Of a stretch of DNA of 64,000 bases, positions 27,954 to 37,822 are shown piece by piece. Numbering within the stretch: the stretch's first letter is position 1; each line of letters begins with the position of its first letter. The stretch comes from a virus (Duplodnaviria > Heunggongvirae > Uroviricota > Caudoviricetes), in the IMG/VR virus record IMGVR_UViG_3300027710_001079, positions 833 through 64,832 of that record. The stretch is one strand, 5' to 3'. Under the pieces are notes generated by a model. It made no database searches. It saw only the letters and a program-made list of their open reading frames with translations, and had not been told where the DNA came from. Position numbers and translations under genes: made by a program.

Positions 27954-30176
27954 ATGTCATATACGATTAAATTTACAAACGGAAAAACATTAGCAGTAGT
28001 AGCTGATCAATCAATTGACGAAGTGTCAACTAGCATAACTTTAGTGGGCAAGAATGTTAATAATTACGGACAGTATGTTAATGCTAACTTTGTGTCATTG
28101 CTTGAAAACTTTTCAAACTTAATTGAACCATCTAGCCCTGTTGTAGGTCAAACATGGTTTGATACAAGTGAAGGACGATTAAAAGTTTATTCAACTGGTA
28201 CATTTAAACCAGTTGGTGCTCCTATTATTAGCACCATTGAACCAGCCGGTGCAGTCCGCGGTGACTTATGGGTAGATACTACTGACAATTTATTAAAATG
28301 GTATGACGGAACAGTTTGGCAACTGGCTGCTAAACAATATTCTGACAGTGTAGGTAAAGAAGGATGGTTCGTAGATACAATAACTGACAGCTCAGGTTTT
28401 GATCACGAGCTGTCTATTTTCTATAGTCAAGGTGTTCGTTGGGCAGTTATGTCTACTTCGACTATCACACTTCAACCAGAAACGTTAACTGCAATTGCTT
28501 TAGGCACTAGCACTATTAGATCTGGTTTGATGATTAACAGTGCAATTGGTGCTAAATTTTATGGTGTAGCAACTAGTGCAGAAAGTATTCAAGGAGTTAG
28601 TCTCGACAGCGTACTAAGATCTAATTCTTCAACAGAAATTACTGGTAAATTTGATTTTGTTAACGATAACGGTATTTCAGTTGGAACAAATTCAAATGTT
28701 GAAATATTAGTTGACAATACTGGAGTAGTTACTAGTGTGATCCGAGGAACAATCCAAGGCGAACCTCTAGAAATTAGATACAATAGTGTCACAACTGGCA
28801 CTGATGCAGTAGCAATCCATGTTGATTCTGACAATGATCGAATTGGTATTTTTAAACGAAATCCTACAGTTGATGTAGATATTGCAGGCGATGTGCAGAT
28901 TTCTGGAAACCTTACAGTGCTAGGAACTCAGGTAAGTGTAGAATCTACATTTATGAGAATTGAAGATAAAAACATCGAACTTGCAACTGGCCAAACTACT
29001 GCAACCGATGCGTTTGTCGACGGCGGCGGCATTACATTGCACGGTTCTACTGATAAACTTTGGGTGTTTAGTGACTCGTCTGATTCTTGGCAATCTAATA
29101 TTGGCATTGATACCTTAACTACATCTGGATCTTATAAAATTGCAGGGGTTCCTGTATTAGAATGGGCAGGTGCTGCTGACTACAAATTAAGTTCTTCAGT
29201 TAAGTTTGCACCGGGATTAATTAATTTACCAGTGCTTCAGGGACTAACTGTTTCCAGTGTTGTTATCTACGATAAAAATATCTCAACAGTTTCAACACCG
29301 CTAACTGATTTATACTTAACTCCGTCGAGCGGATATGTTAATTTAGACAACTCTAACAAGATTGTTGGACTAGCAGCTACAGTTGACGTTGATACTGATG
29401 ATACTGCGGTGTCTAAAGGCTACTTTGAAGGTCGTCTTGCTGGTGCATTAGGTGGATATAGTGCTAGAAAGCCTTATACATTGGCCATTGATATCACTGA
29501 CTTTGACACAGTTAACGAAGATATTATTGCTACGTTAGATGTTACACTACCAGTTGACGGATTTGGTGATCCGTACTATGTTCAGCCTGACGGTGCTAGA
29601 TGTACGGTTTTATGTACCAAGTATGAGGCCACTACTGCAACATATTTGTTGAATAATTTAAACACTTCTACTGTTAGAAAATTATTCAATATTGTTACCG
29701 GTATTAATTATACAGCAACATCAACTACTACTTCGTTTATCAACACTATAACAAGTACATCTACTTTATTAGTCACTGATTTTGAATTAGCAGGTAATGT
29801 AACTATTGCTACTCCCATGCCTCGTATTGTTAGAACTGTAAAATTGTTTGCAGTTATTGCAGGATATTGGACATTTATTGAAGATGTTGATACTACCTAT
29901 CTAACATCTGACAGTGCGTTTACTCTAACTACAGGCGTAAAAACTTTCACAGTTAACAAAAGTAGTTCTACAGTTTATAGCTTCCCAACATCATGGGGCA
30001 GCATATTCAGTACCGGTACTAGCATAACAATTAGAGAAACTGATACACAGGTTAACTACCTACAAGGAACAATTTCTGAATATTCAGGAACTAACTTAAC
30101 AGTTAATGTAACTGCTGCATACAATACTGCAACAACATCAACGTTCACATCGTGGATTATTAGAAGAGACCTATAA
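27954..30176 (+). CDS. tail fibre-like structural protein (paralog family)
   Basis: N-terminal LVGKN...YG..NF..LLENFS...P..GQ.WFD domain; DVDIAGDVQISGNLTVLG and IEDKNIELA fibre motifs. Confidence 0.7.
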   Translation: MSYTIKFTNGKTLAVVADQSIDEVSTSITLVGKNVNNYGQYVNANFVSLLENFSNLIEPSSPVVGQTWFDTSEGRLKVYSTGTFKPVGAPIISTIEPAGAVRGDLWVDTTDNLLKWYDGTVWQLAAKQYSDSVGKEGWFVDTITDSSGFDHELSIFYSQGVRWAVMSTSTITLQPETLTAIALGTSTIRSGLMINSAIGAKFYGVATSAESIQGVSLDSVLRSNSSTEITGKFDFVNDNGISVGTNSNVEILVDNTGVVTSVIRGTIQGEPLEIRYNSVTTGTDAVAIHVDSDNDRIGIFKRNPTVDVDIAGDVQISGNLTVLGTQVSVESTFMRIEDKNIELATGQTTATDAFVDGGGITLHGSTDKLWVFSDSSDSWQSNIGIDTLTTSGSYKIAGVPVLEWAGAADYKLSSSVKFAPGLINLPVLQGLTVSSVVIYDKNISTVSTPLTDLYLTPSSGYVNLDNSNKIVGLAATVDVDTDDTAVSKGYFEGRLAGALGGYSARKPYTLAIDITDFDTVNEDIIATLDVTLPVDGFGDPYYVQPDGARCTVLCTKYEATTATYLLNNLNTSTVRKLFNIVTGINYTATSTTTSFINTITSTSTLLVTDFELAGNVTIATPMPRIVRTVKLFAVIAGYWTFIEDVDTTYLTSDSAFTLTTGVKTFTVNKSSSTVYSFPTSWGSIFSTGTSITIRETDTQVNYLQGTISEYSGTNLTVNVTAAYNTATTSTFTSWIIRRDL

Positions 30177-30190
30177 CGGAGAGCAACTAG

Positions 30191-31813
30191 ATGCCTTATA
30201 ATTTGAATTATTTTGACGGGAGAGCTTTTATAACGCTTGCTGATGGTGTAGTCGATCAGCAGGCTTCTTCTAGTCTCTATTTAATTGGTAAAGATGTTAC
30301 TAGTTATGGTACTATTCAAAACGATAACTTCCTTTGGTTAACTGAAAATTTTGCAGGAACAGTGGAACCTGTTAATAAAGTACAAGGACAGCTTTGGTTT
30401 GACAAATCCGATAGTGTATTAAAACCGAAAATATACGACGGTGGCGAATGGAGAACTATTGGAATTGTTACAGCAGGAGTAACTTCGGCAACAAATGCAA
30501 CACTTGGCGATTTTTGGTATGAAACTTCTGCAGGACAGTTGTTTATTAAGAATACGCTGTCTAATTATTCACTAATTGGACCAGAAGCAGTTCCCGGCTT
30601 TGGTACTACTAAATTTGTATCGACTAAAGTTATTGATTCTGCTAATGGAATACATGCTTGTATTGTAATGTATGCTGATGGCATAATTTTAGGTGCAGTG
30701 TCTAACGACGATTTTGATGTTAAATCGACTGAAGCAGTGTACCTTGCAGGTATTCCTCATGTTGGTCGAGGATTTAATTTTGCATCTGGTGCAAGTATTA
30801 GTTCCGACGATGTGTATTTAAAAGCAGATGTTGCTGAAGTAATTACAGCACGGTGGTCTTTTACTAATAGCAGTGGAATCGGAATTGGTACATCTACTAT
30901 CTATTCAAGCGAAGCTGGTAATTTAACATTACAATCTACAAATAGAAGTGTTGTGGTTAATGCATCTGAATTTAGACCAGGAAGCAGTTTAACAACATTA
31001 GGAAATTCTTCAAATAAATTTGCTAAAGTTTATACAAGTGAAATTAATGCAGGTAGCAGTATAACTTCTGCAAATTTAGTTGGTAAGTTTATTTTAAGTT
31101 CTAGTAGCAAAATTGAACCAGGCACTGATGCTTCAATTAATTTTGGTGCAGCTAATGCTCGCTTTGCTACGTTGTTCTCAAAAGGATTGAATGCAGGCGG
31201 AACGGCTGAGTCTGGAGTTATTACTGGCCAATGGTCTATGGGTGCAGGAAGTTCATTATCTTTACAAAATGCTACATTAATTGTTGACACTCTTGCTGCT
31301 CCGACTGTTTCAGCTACAACAGCAGTTTCTACTCCTAAATTATCGGCTGGAAGTCCTAGTACTAACGGCACATTTGAAGGCCAGTGGTCATTTGGATCAG
31401 GGTCATCGTTATCATTGCCAATTGGCACAACATCTTATTATGCTGACATTGCAGAAAGATATGCAAGCGATGAGCAGTATGAATCTGGAACAGTTGTAAT
31501 GTTTGGTGGGACATCGGAAGTGACTATTGCAAATGTTCATAGTACACCCGCAGTTGCTGGAATAGTAACAACAGAACCTGCACAAATTTTAAATTCTGAA
31601 TTGGCAGATTCTGTTGCAATTGCCCTAGTTGGTCGAGTACCTTGCAAAGTAACAGGTAATATCACTCGTGGTAATTTATTAGTAGTGAGTCATATTCCGG
31701 GAGTCCTTACAACTTCTCTATTCCCAAGTCCGGGAACAATTGTAGCGAAAGCAATGGAAAATTATAACTCTCCAGATGTGGGAGTAATTGAAGTAATGGT
31801 AACAAGAGGCTAA
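30191..31813 (+). CDS. tail fibre protein with C-terminal intramolecular-chaperone-like domain
   Basis: Shared N-terminal domain; C-terminal YADIAERY...GTVV.FGG..EVT...AIALVGRVPCKV.G...G.IEVMV. Confidence 0.72.
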   Translation: MPYNLNYFDGRAFITLADGVVDQQASSSLYLIGKDVTSYGTIQNDNFLWLTENFAGTVEPVNKVQGQLWFDKSDSVLKPKIYDGGEWRTIGIVTAGVTSATNATLGDFWYETSAGQLFIKNTLSNYSLIGPEAVPGFGTTKFVSTKVIDSANGIHACIVMYADGIILGAVSNDDFDVKSTEAVYLAGIPHVGRGFNFASGASISSDDVYLKADVAEVITARWSFTNSSGIGIGTSTIYSSEAGNLTLQSTNRSVVVNASEFRPGSSLTTLGNSSNKFAKVYTSEINAGSSITSANLVGKFILSSSSKIEPGTDASINFGAANARFATLFSKGLNAGGTAESGVITGQWSMGAGSSLSLQNATLIVDTLAAPTVSATTAVSTPKLSAGSPSTNGTFEGQWSFGSGSSLSLPIGTTSYYADIAERYASDEQYESGTVVMFGGTSEVTIANVHSTPAVAGIVTTEPAQILNSELADSVAIALVGRVPCKVTGNITRGNLLVVSHIPGVLTTSLFPSPGTIVAKAMENYNSPDVGVIEVMVTRG

Positions 31814-31816
31814 TGA

Positions 31817-33196
31817 ATGTCATATATTATTAACAAATCAAACGGTACAAAATTAGTTACTATTGAGGATGGCTCTATTAACGTTTCTGTTTGTGATCTA
31901 TCTTTAGTTGGTAAAAATTATGCTGGCTATGGCGAATCTATCGCAACTAATTTTGTTAAACTTTTAGAAAATTTCTCAAACAGTAAACAACCACCTAAAC
32001 CAATTACTGGTCAAATTTGGTACGATAGCACTAACAGAAAAATTAAATTCTATAATGGTGCAGAGTTTAAACCAGTTCCTTCGTTGCAATCATCAACAGA
32101 CTATCCAACTGATCAATATAAAGGTGACCTGCACTACAACGAAACTGAAGGCAAACTTTATTATTATGATGGTACTGGATACGTTTTAATTGGACCACAA
32201 CTAACAGGCAAGTCTGCAATCAACACAGTGACACCTGTTCTTCTACAAGAATCTAACGGCCAGGTACATTATGTATTGAAGCATCAAATTCAAGATCAGT
32301 TTGTTGAAACAGACCTTAAAGATATTGTAATTGCTTCAAGGGCACAATTTGTTCCAACATCCGGAGACTATTCAGATTATCCTATTATCAAAAGAGGATT
32401 AACATTACCCGGAACAAACAGTTTTGGAGTATCTTATAGTTCTGAAAATCTTGAAGGTTACTTACTATGGGGCACGGCTTCTGACAGTATTCGATTAAAC
32501 GGTAAAGAGTCCAGTGATTTTGTCACATATGAATCTCCTATTTTTACAGCACAAGTGCAGGTTAATAATGTCAGCGGAGTTAACATTGCACAGAACCAAC
32601 TAAGATTGTTCTCCAATGTAAACGGAGCTCAAATTACTTCAAGTTTATATAGACTTAGTTTAAATGTTACTGACACTAACCAAGAAATTATAAATGTTGT
32701 TAACGTTGATGCTAGTGATAATCCGGCATTGCTTGCAAGTAGAACACTAGGAACCTTAGTTAATATTGGCAGTGCTTCGAATCCTTTCAACATTATATAC
32801 GGTAGAGAGTTTAATACAGTAGGTGCCGACTTGGCAGAAAACTATCTTGCAGATGCAGAATATGAGCCGGGCACTGTGTTACGTTTAGGCGGAACAGCAG
32901 AAGTTACTATCTGTGCAAGTTACGAACACGAAGGCATTGCAGGTATTGTGTCAACTCAACCTGGATATCTATTGAATAGAGATTTGGCTAACGGAGTTGC
33001 TATTGCACTTAAAGGTCGCGTACCTTGCAAGGTAAAAGGACCAGTTAAGAAAGGTGATGTATTAGTTTCGTCTAATATCCCTGGACATGCCGAAGTTCGT
33101 AAGTACGGACATAGAACAAATCCAATGGCAGTGCTAGGAAAGGCACTCCAAGACTTCACTGGTGAAACTGGCGTTATTGAAGTAATGGTATATTAA
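31817..33196 (+). CDS. tail fibre protein with C-terminal intramolecular-chaperone-like domain
   Basis: Shared N-terminal domain; C-terminal GADLAENY...GTVL.LGG..EVT...AIALKGRVPCKV.G..KKGD.LV...GKAL...G.IEVMV. Confidence 0.72.
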   Translation: MSYIINKSNGTKLVTIEDGSINVSVCDLSLVGKNYAGYGESIATNFVKLLENFSNSKQPPKPITGQIWYDSTNRKIKFYNGAEFKPVPSLQSSTDYPTDQYKGDLHYNETEGKLYYYDGTGYVLIGPQLTGKSAINTVTPVLLQESNGQVHYVLKHQIQDQFVETDLKDIVIASRAQFVPTSGDYSDYPIIKRGLTLPGTNSFGVSYSSENLEGYLLWGTASDSIRLNGKESSDFVTYESPIFTAQVQVNNVSGVNIAQNQLRLFSNVNGAQITSSLYRLSLNVTDTNQEIINVVNVDASDNPALLASRTLGTLVNIGSASNPFNIIYGREFNTVGADLAENYLADAEYEPGTVLRLGGTAEVTICASYEHEGIAGIVSTQPGYLLNRDLANGVAIALKGRVPCKVKGPVKKGDVLVSSNIPGHAEVRKYGHRTNPMAVLGKALQDFTGETGVIEVMVY

Positions 33197-33220
33197 AAAA
33201 GCCCCGGAAGGGGCTTTTTT
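33195..33220. terminator. bidirectional rho-independent terminator between the convergent arms
   Basis: AAAAAA-GCCCC-GGAA-GGGGC-TTTTTT lies exactly between the stop codons of the convergent genes. Confidence 0.92.
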
Positions 33221-33845
33221 ATGCTTCAGTAGTTTCTACTTTTGAAGTTTTCTTCTTTGGCGGATCAATTGTGTCTGCTTCTTTTCGCAATCTTGCAGCC
33301 TCTTTATAAAGAGCATCTGCTCGACTACGCATTTCTGCAGGAGACAACTCTACGGGTGTAGTGTCGACAACAATTTCGTTGTCTTTCATTTTGTCTTCCC
33401 TAGCTTTGTCCCATTTAGTTTTTACAGATTCCTTTGCACTAGGGCTTGCAGGCTTCTGCTCAGTTGATTCTGTAATTGCTAATTGATCAATAGTAATACC
33501 TTTTTGGTCAGCAACTAGTTGATTTAACTCACTTAGAGTAATTTGATTCTTATTATCAAATACCATAGTGACCATATTAGTTGCAACTTTAGTCAATAGC
33601 CCATTACGGTGTAAAAATTCCAACATGTTGGAACCATCTGGGAACCTACGTACAGCTAATACATCTGCAAGTTCATTTGCTTGCTGACCAGAATCGCTTT
33701 CAATTAGACTCATAAGAGAATCGTGAAATGCATCGGGTAATGCATTAGTACCGCATACTAGAGCACTGGTAGCTTCGCCAGGCAGTGTTCTAAACACAAC
33801 GGCTAACTTTGCTCCGTTGTTCTTCATTTTTCCAACATGTTTCAT
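33219..33845 (-). CDS. hypothetical phage protein
   Basis: 208-aa ORF with AAGGA RBS, in a tightly packed operon. Confidence 0.75.
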   Translation of the reverse strand: MKHVGKMKNNGAKLAVVFRTLPGEATSALVCGTNALPDAFHDSLMSLIESDSGQQANELADVLAVRRFPDGSNMLEFLHRNGLLTKVATNMVTMVFDNKNQITLSELNQLVADQKGITIDQLAITESTEQKPASPSAKESVKTKWDKAREDKMKDNEIVVDTTPVELSPAEMRSRADALYKEAARLRKEADTIDPPKKKTSKVETTEA

Positions 33846-33854
33846 ATTTTATCC

Positions 33855-34070
33855 TTATTCTGGTTGAGCAGTTTGCTCAGCAGCCTCTGGTGCTTTCTGT
33901 GCAGGTACAACAGCAGCCAAGAAGGTATCTAATTTATTAAATACACCTCCAACTGCGGCCATCTCGGCTGCTTTGAATGCACCGCGAGTTGCGGCAATAT
34001 CAATAATAGATCTGACATTTTGTAGATCTGTAATTGTTAGCTCAGGGGCTTGTTTTTCTTGTTCTGACAT
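33855..34070 (-). CDS. hypothetical phage protein
   Basis: 71-aa ORF, RBS AAGGA, operon packing. Confidence 0.7.
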   Translation of the reverse strand: MSEQEKQAPELTITDLQNVRSIIDIAATRGAFKAAEMAAVGGVFNKLDTFLAAVVPAQKAPEAAEQTAQPE

Positions 34071-34072
34071 TT

Positions 34073-34351
34073 TTAATCCTTATGCAAAAGTGGACAGGCT
34101 AACGATAGCATAGATAGTTCTTTTGCATCTTCAACACCTATCTCGATAGCAGTAGTTAGCTTATTATCATCCACGATGGTGCATTTTCTGACGCAATAGC
34201 GACTATCCAAATTAAGATAAATCCATTTATCTAGCTCTCTAATATCGAGCATTTTTTTAATTTGGAGCTTGCTAAAATTAGGAGGAATCCGATCTAGTCT
34301 TCTCATTGAGAGTACGTTTAACGGATTCACTCTTCCTTTACTGATAGCCAT
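34073..34351 (-). CDS. hypothetical phage protein
   Basis: 92-aa ORF preceded by TATAAATA. Confidence 0.65.
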   Translation of the reverse strand: MAISKGRVNPLNVLSMRRLDRIPPNFSKLQIKKMLDIRELDKWIYLNLDSRYCVRKCTIVDDNKLTTAIEIGVEDAKELSMLSLACPLLHKD

Positions 34352-34363
34352 AATATACCTACT

Positions 34364-35620
34364 TTATTTATAATAGGCAGTCTGACCGAATGGAGAAACA
34401 ATGGATTCAGTGCCGTGTATTACAAACAGAGTTTCGCAGTAGTTTTCATCGCCCCAGCTACCGCAAGGGTATCCGTCCGTAAACATAATGAAACGCTTAG
34501 GTTCAATACCTTCTTCTTTCATAAAGTCCCAGTTAGCATCAAAGTCAGTACCACCACCGCCTTTAACATCGTAGCTCATAATTTCATCAGCGTTATCGCC
34601 AGTGAATTTTGCATAATTGTAGACGCTGGTATCAAAGCACCACAGATCTAATTTAAAGTCTTGGTACTCATCCATAATACCTTTAACTTCACTCAGGAAG
34701 TCTTTAGCCATTGAGTCGGAGATAGAACCTGACATGTCAATTGCAACACTGACATCGATTGTTTCTTCGTTCATCATACCGGGCAAGATTGCACCGCAGT
34801 GCTGTGACTTACGGTTGGGACGTTGGAAGCTAAAATTGCTCTTAATGATACTTTGGATATTCATACGGAGCAGTTGACGCCAATCCATTTTAGGTTCAGT
34901 AAAGTCTTTAATTAGACGTTGAACACCTGCAGGAATACGACCGGCACCTGCTGCCTGAGCAGCCGCCACCATTGCTTCTTTAATCTCGTCACGGATCTGT
35001 TTCTTTTCTTCAGCAGTTAAGGTTGGACGTTTACCCTTGCCTTCTTGGTCGCCGTCCTCACCTTCACCCTCGCCTTCGCCCTCACCGTCAAGGTGCTCGT
35101 CTAACATCTCGCCAAGTTGGCTCAGATCAATCTTCTCGGCCTTTTCGTACAGCTCGTCATAGATCTGTTCATAACTCCAACCACGGTATTTGTTGTCTTG
35201 GAAAATTTTAATGAAACTAGGCACTTCACCAATTTTCTCATCTTTAAGGATTTGATTGGCTGCAAAGTCTGCGGCAATGTTTGACAGCTTAGGATCTCGA
35301 CCATCGCGACGACCCATGTGATCAAATACGTTGTGGAGAACTTCGTGTGCAAAACCAAACTCTGCTTCTTTAGGCTTGAGCTTATTAACGAAGTCCAAAT
35401 TGTAATAGAAATTGCGGCCGTCTGTTGCTAGAGTTGAGCACCAGTCTGACGCATCAATTAGCTTCATGCGGGTAGCAAGGTTACCAAAGAAAGGATGGCG
35501 TAGCAACAGACCAACTCGTGCGGTGATCAGTTTATCTACAATTTTTGCCTTTTCAGCAGAAGTGTATTCTTTTGCAGGTGCAGTCTTTTTGACTTTTTCT
35601 GCTTTCATAACTGTTGACAT
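34364..35620 (-). CDS. VWA-domain protein with N-terminal HExxH metallopeptidase-like domain (DUF2201-type MoxR partner)
   Basis: TLATDG, FAHEVLHNVFDH, MIDAS motif IDMSGS, GGGGTDF, FTDGYP; adjacent to an AAA ATPase. Confidence 0.88.
   Translation of the reverse strand: MSTVMKAEKVKKTAPAKEYTSAEKAKIVDKLITARVGLLLRHPFFGNLATRMKLIDASDWCSTLATDGRNFYYNLDFVNKLKPKEAEFGFAHEVLHNVFDHMGRRDGRDPKLSNIAADFAANQILKDEKIGEVPSFIKIFQDNKYRGWSYEQIYDELYEKAEKIDLSQLGEMLDEHLDGEGEGEGEGEDGDQEGKGKRPTLTAEEKKQIRDEIKEAMVAAAQAAGAGRIPAGVQRLIKDFTEPKMDWRQLLRMNIQSIIKSNFSFQRPNRKSQHCGAILPGMMNEETIDVSVAIDMSGSISDSMAKDFLSEVKGIMDEYQDFKLDLWCFDTSVYNYAKFTGDNADEIMSYDVKGGGGTDFDANWDFMKEEGIEPKRFIMFTDGYPCGSWGDENYCETLFVIHGTESIVSPFGQTAYYK
34365..34372 (-). 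promoter_or_regulatory. T4-type late promoter TATAAATA
   Basis: Exact T4 gp55 late-promoter consensus about 14 nt upstream of the ATG at 34351. Confidence 0.55.
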
Positions 35621-35647
35621 ATTGTGTCCTTTTGTTGTCTATGTATT

Positions 35648-35676
35648 ATTATATACCCAAACTCGTAAGAAGTCAA
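35648..35676 (-). promoter_or_regulatory. sigma70-type early promoter for the VWA gene
   Basis: TTGACT-17 nt-TATAAT on the minus strand. Confidence 0.85.
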
Positions 35677-35678
35677 GC

Positions 35679-35699
35679 AAAAAGGGCCCCAAAGGGCCC
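35679..35699 (-). terminator. intrinsic terminator after the MoxR ATPase
   Basis: GGGCCC-TTTG-GGGCCC-TTTTT on the minus strand, directly after the stop. Confidence 0.85.
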
Positions 35700-35703
35700 G
35701 ATT

Positions 35704-36786
35704 TTAACCTTCCATTGCTTGGATAATGTACTTGCCGTATTTGTCGTGGAACTTGTCAAAGTTCTTCAATTTGCTAGCATCAAACGGCAGTTGATAGTTA
35801 GTCAACGCTACCTTTGCACCCATAACAACCAATTCGGTTGGGAAATTATCCATCATAAAGCCAAAGAAGTTGTCTGCCATACTGTCCCACTCTTTAACTT
35901 TCTTGCGATCTGCTTCTTGAAGCTCGTAGCACATAGAAGTAGTCAAAGAATACATAGCGGAGATTTCTTTGATGTTAATCTTAGTAACCTTACCCGACAG
36001 GATGTCTTCTGGCTGTGGCATCTGTTTAGCAACCTTGCGGTGTGCCATAAACTTAACAGCAAGACCTTCGCCAATAGCACCTGACACCAAATCAGTCAGT
36101 GTGCCTTCATCCAAGTCGTCGTCAATCAACAAATCGGATACAAAGCTCCAAGAACGTGGAGTAGCAAACGCACGTGAGCTAGACTTTGGGTCAAAGTCAT
36201 ACAGGTCCTGCTTGGCAAAAGAACAGTAACCAACAACCTGTTCATGCACACGATTCTTAGTAGCCCACATCAACCAGTCTTCAAAGTCAGTACGGAGTTC
36301 CAAGTGCAGGAAACGATTAGCCAACGGAGCAGGCATACGATAAGTAACACCCTTGTCAGTTTCACGGTTACCTGCGGCAACAATTGAAACACCATCGGGC
36401 AATTTGTATGTACCAACACGGCGATTCAGCACCAACTGATAAGCAGCCGCTTGAGTAGCAGGAGCCGCAGAGTTCAATTCATCCAAGAACAAGATCGCAG
36501 TAGATTCTGGATCAGTGGGCAATTCTGCAGGAGGTGCCCAAGTCATTGTATTGGAAGTGGAGTTGTAATAAGGAATACCTTTGATATCGGTAGGTTCCCA
36601 AAGTGACAAACGAACGTCAATCACTTCGCGATTTTGTTCATCGCCAATTTGTTTAACAATATCGGACTTGCCGATGCCTGGAGCACCCCACATGAATACC
36701 GGACGCTTAATCTTTACGCACTTGCGAATAGACTTTTTTGCTTCGTTAGGAGTGACTGCACGATTACCGCTGAGAGCTTCTGCCAT
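35704..36786 (-). CDS. MoxR-like AAA+ ATPase
   Basis: Walker A GAPGIGKS, Walker B ILFLDELN, AAGNR, PLANRF, TPRSW. Confidence 0.92.
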   Translation of the reverse strand: MAEALSGNRAVTPNEAKKSIRKCVKIKRPVFMWGAPGIGKSDIVKQIGDEQNREVIDVRLSLWEPTDIKGIPYYNSTSNTMTWAPPAELPTDPESTAILFLDELNSAAPATQAAAYQLVLNRRVGTYKLPDGVSIVAAGNRETDKGVTYRMPAPLANRFLHLELRTDFEDWLMWATKNRVHEQVVGYCSFAKQDLYDFDPKSSSRAFATPRSWSFVSDLLIDDDLDEGTLTDLVSGAIGEGLAVKFMAHRKVAKQMPQPEDILSGKVTKINIKEISAMYSLTTSMCYELQEADRKKVKEWDSMADNFFGFMMDNFPTELVVMGAKVALTNYQLPFDASKLKNFDKFHDKYGKYIIQAMEG

Positions 36787-36845
36787 TTTAAAACCTTAAA
36801 AAATGTGTTGAAAATTTGTACGCTGTATCGTTAGCGTATGTATTG

Positions 36846-36874
36846 ATTATACAGGGTTTTCAGTCAGTTGTCAA
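36846..36874 (-). promoter_or_regulatory. consensus sigma70 early promoter for the MoxR ATPase
   Basis: Perfect TTGACA-17 nt-TATAAT; 6-bp hairpin (36819-36838) at the predicted transcript 5' end. Confidence 0.9.
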
Positions 36875-37267
36875 TGGTTTTTGCTGTTGTGTTTTTGCAA
36901 CACTCATTGCCCTAGAAAGGCCGTATTTTTGGATATTTCCAGAAAACAATACTAATTGCACTGCCATCTTTTCTCTATATACAAAGATAGCTTTTTTGGT
37001 TAGATAAAATGGGCAGTCAATAAATTGATCCATTTGGATAATTAACCGATTTGTCCATTCAACTTCTTTTGGCAGATCAATTTGATAGCATTTGATATCA
37101 GCCTGTTGCATCCATTCTTGTCCAGAATCAGTTAGCCGTAATCCGCCTGTTGCTTTTTGTCTAGGATTCATCCAAAATGCAGGAAGCATTTTTTTAACAT
37201 ACTCGTCGTGGTGAGGCTTACCTAGTGTTTCTAAAACGTATTTGACTATTTCAGTCCGTTGATTCAT
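36860..37267 (-). CDS. hypothetical phage protein
   Basis: 135-aa ORF overlapping the upstream gene in operon fashion. Confidence 0.7.
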   Translation of the reverse strand: MNQRTEIVKYVLETLGKPHHDEYVKKMLPAFWMNPRQKATGGLRLTDSGQEWMQQADIKCYQIDLPKEVEWTNRLIIQMDQFIDCPFYLTKKAIFVYREKMAVQLVLFSGNIQKYGLSRAMSVAKTQQQKPLTTD

Positions 37268-37550
37268 TGCCTAGTTTTTCACCAGTTGTGAGTTTATAAA
37301 CGGAGAAGTCCTGACAATTGAACATTTTGTTCAGTCGTTCTGCTAGATTGTGTGCGTGGCCGCTATTGGAAAAACTAACTTTTTTATACTTTGGACCTAA
37401 GTCTTGTGCCACTATGCTGGTAGTTTTTAAGTTGACTGGTTTGTCTTTATAAAAAACTGCCCAAATTGCATCGGCTTCTAATACCTGTTCAGTCTTGTAA
37501 TTTTTTTTATTTGTTAGTTCTAATAATACTGTAGGTTTAGGTCTGCTCAT
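37251..37550 (-). CDS. hypothetical phage protein
   Basis: 99-aa ORF (MSRPKP...GPKYKKVSFSNSGHA) with GGAG RBS. Confidence 0.75.
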   Translation of the reverse strand: MSRPKPTVLLELTNKKNYKTEQVLEADAIWAVFYKDKPVNLKTTSIVAQDLGPKYKKVSFSNSGHAHNLAERLNKMFNCQDFSVYKLTTGEKLGNESTD

Positions 37551-37586
37551 AATGCGTACAATCTCCGTTATATACGCATTTATTTA
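37551..37586 (-). promoter_or_regulatory. RBS-enclosing hairpin with adjacent TAAATA late-promoter motif
   Basis: Minus strand reads TAAATA-AATGCGTATA-TAACGGAGAT-TGTACGCATT-ATG. Confidence 0.6.
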
Positions 37587-37594
37587 GTTGGGAT

Positions 37595-37822
37595 TTATCG
37601 AAATCCACCACCGTCCATAGATACCTGTATCACTTCTTCTTGACTAGGTTGTTGTACAAAGTCTTCTAATTTTCCCACTAGTCTGGTCATAACTACCGCA
37701 AGACTATCTGCTAATGCAGTAGCTTCATTTATGTCTAAAACTACAGTCTTTTGACCTGATTTCTTTGCAATACGAGCCTTTTCGAGATAGTTTTCGATGG
37801 CTAATGTGTTAATTTGTTTCAT
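37595..37822 (-). CDS. hypothetical phage protein
   Basis: 75-aa ORF, operon packing. Confidence 0.65.
   Translation of the reverse strand: MKQINTLAIENYLEKARIAKKSGQKTVVLDINEATALADSLAVVMTRLVGKLEDFVQQPSQEEVIQVSMDGGGFR

Noticed and set aside
31430-33196. Similar C-termini of two fibre genes as a diversity-generating retroelement VR/TR pair
   Set aside because: The similarity is at protein level, both copies are coding, differences are not adenine-specific, and no reverse transcriptase is in the window.
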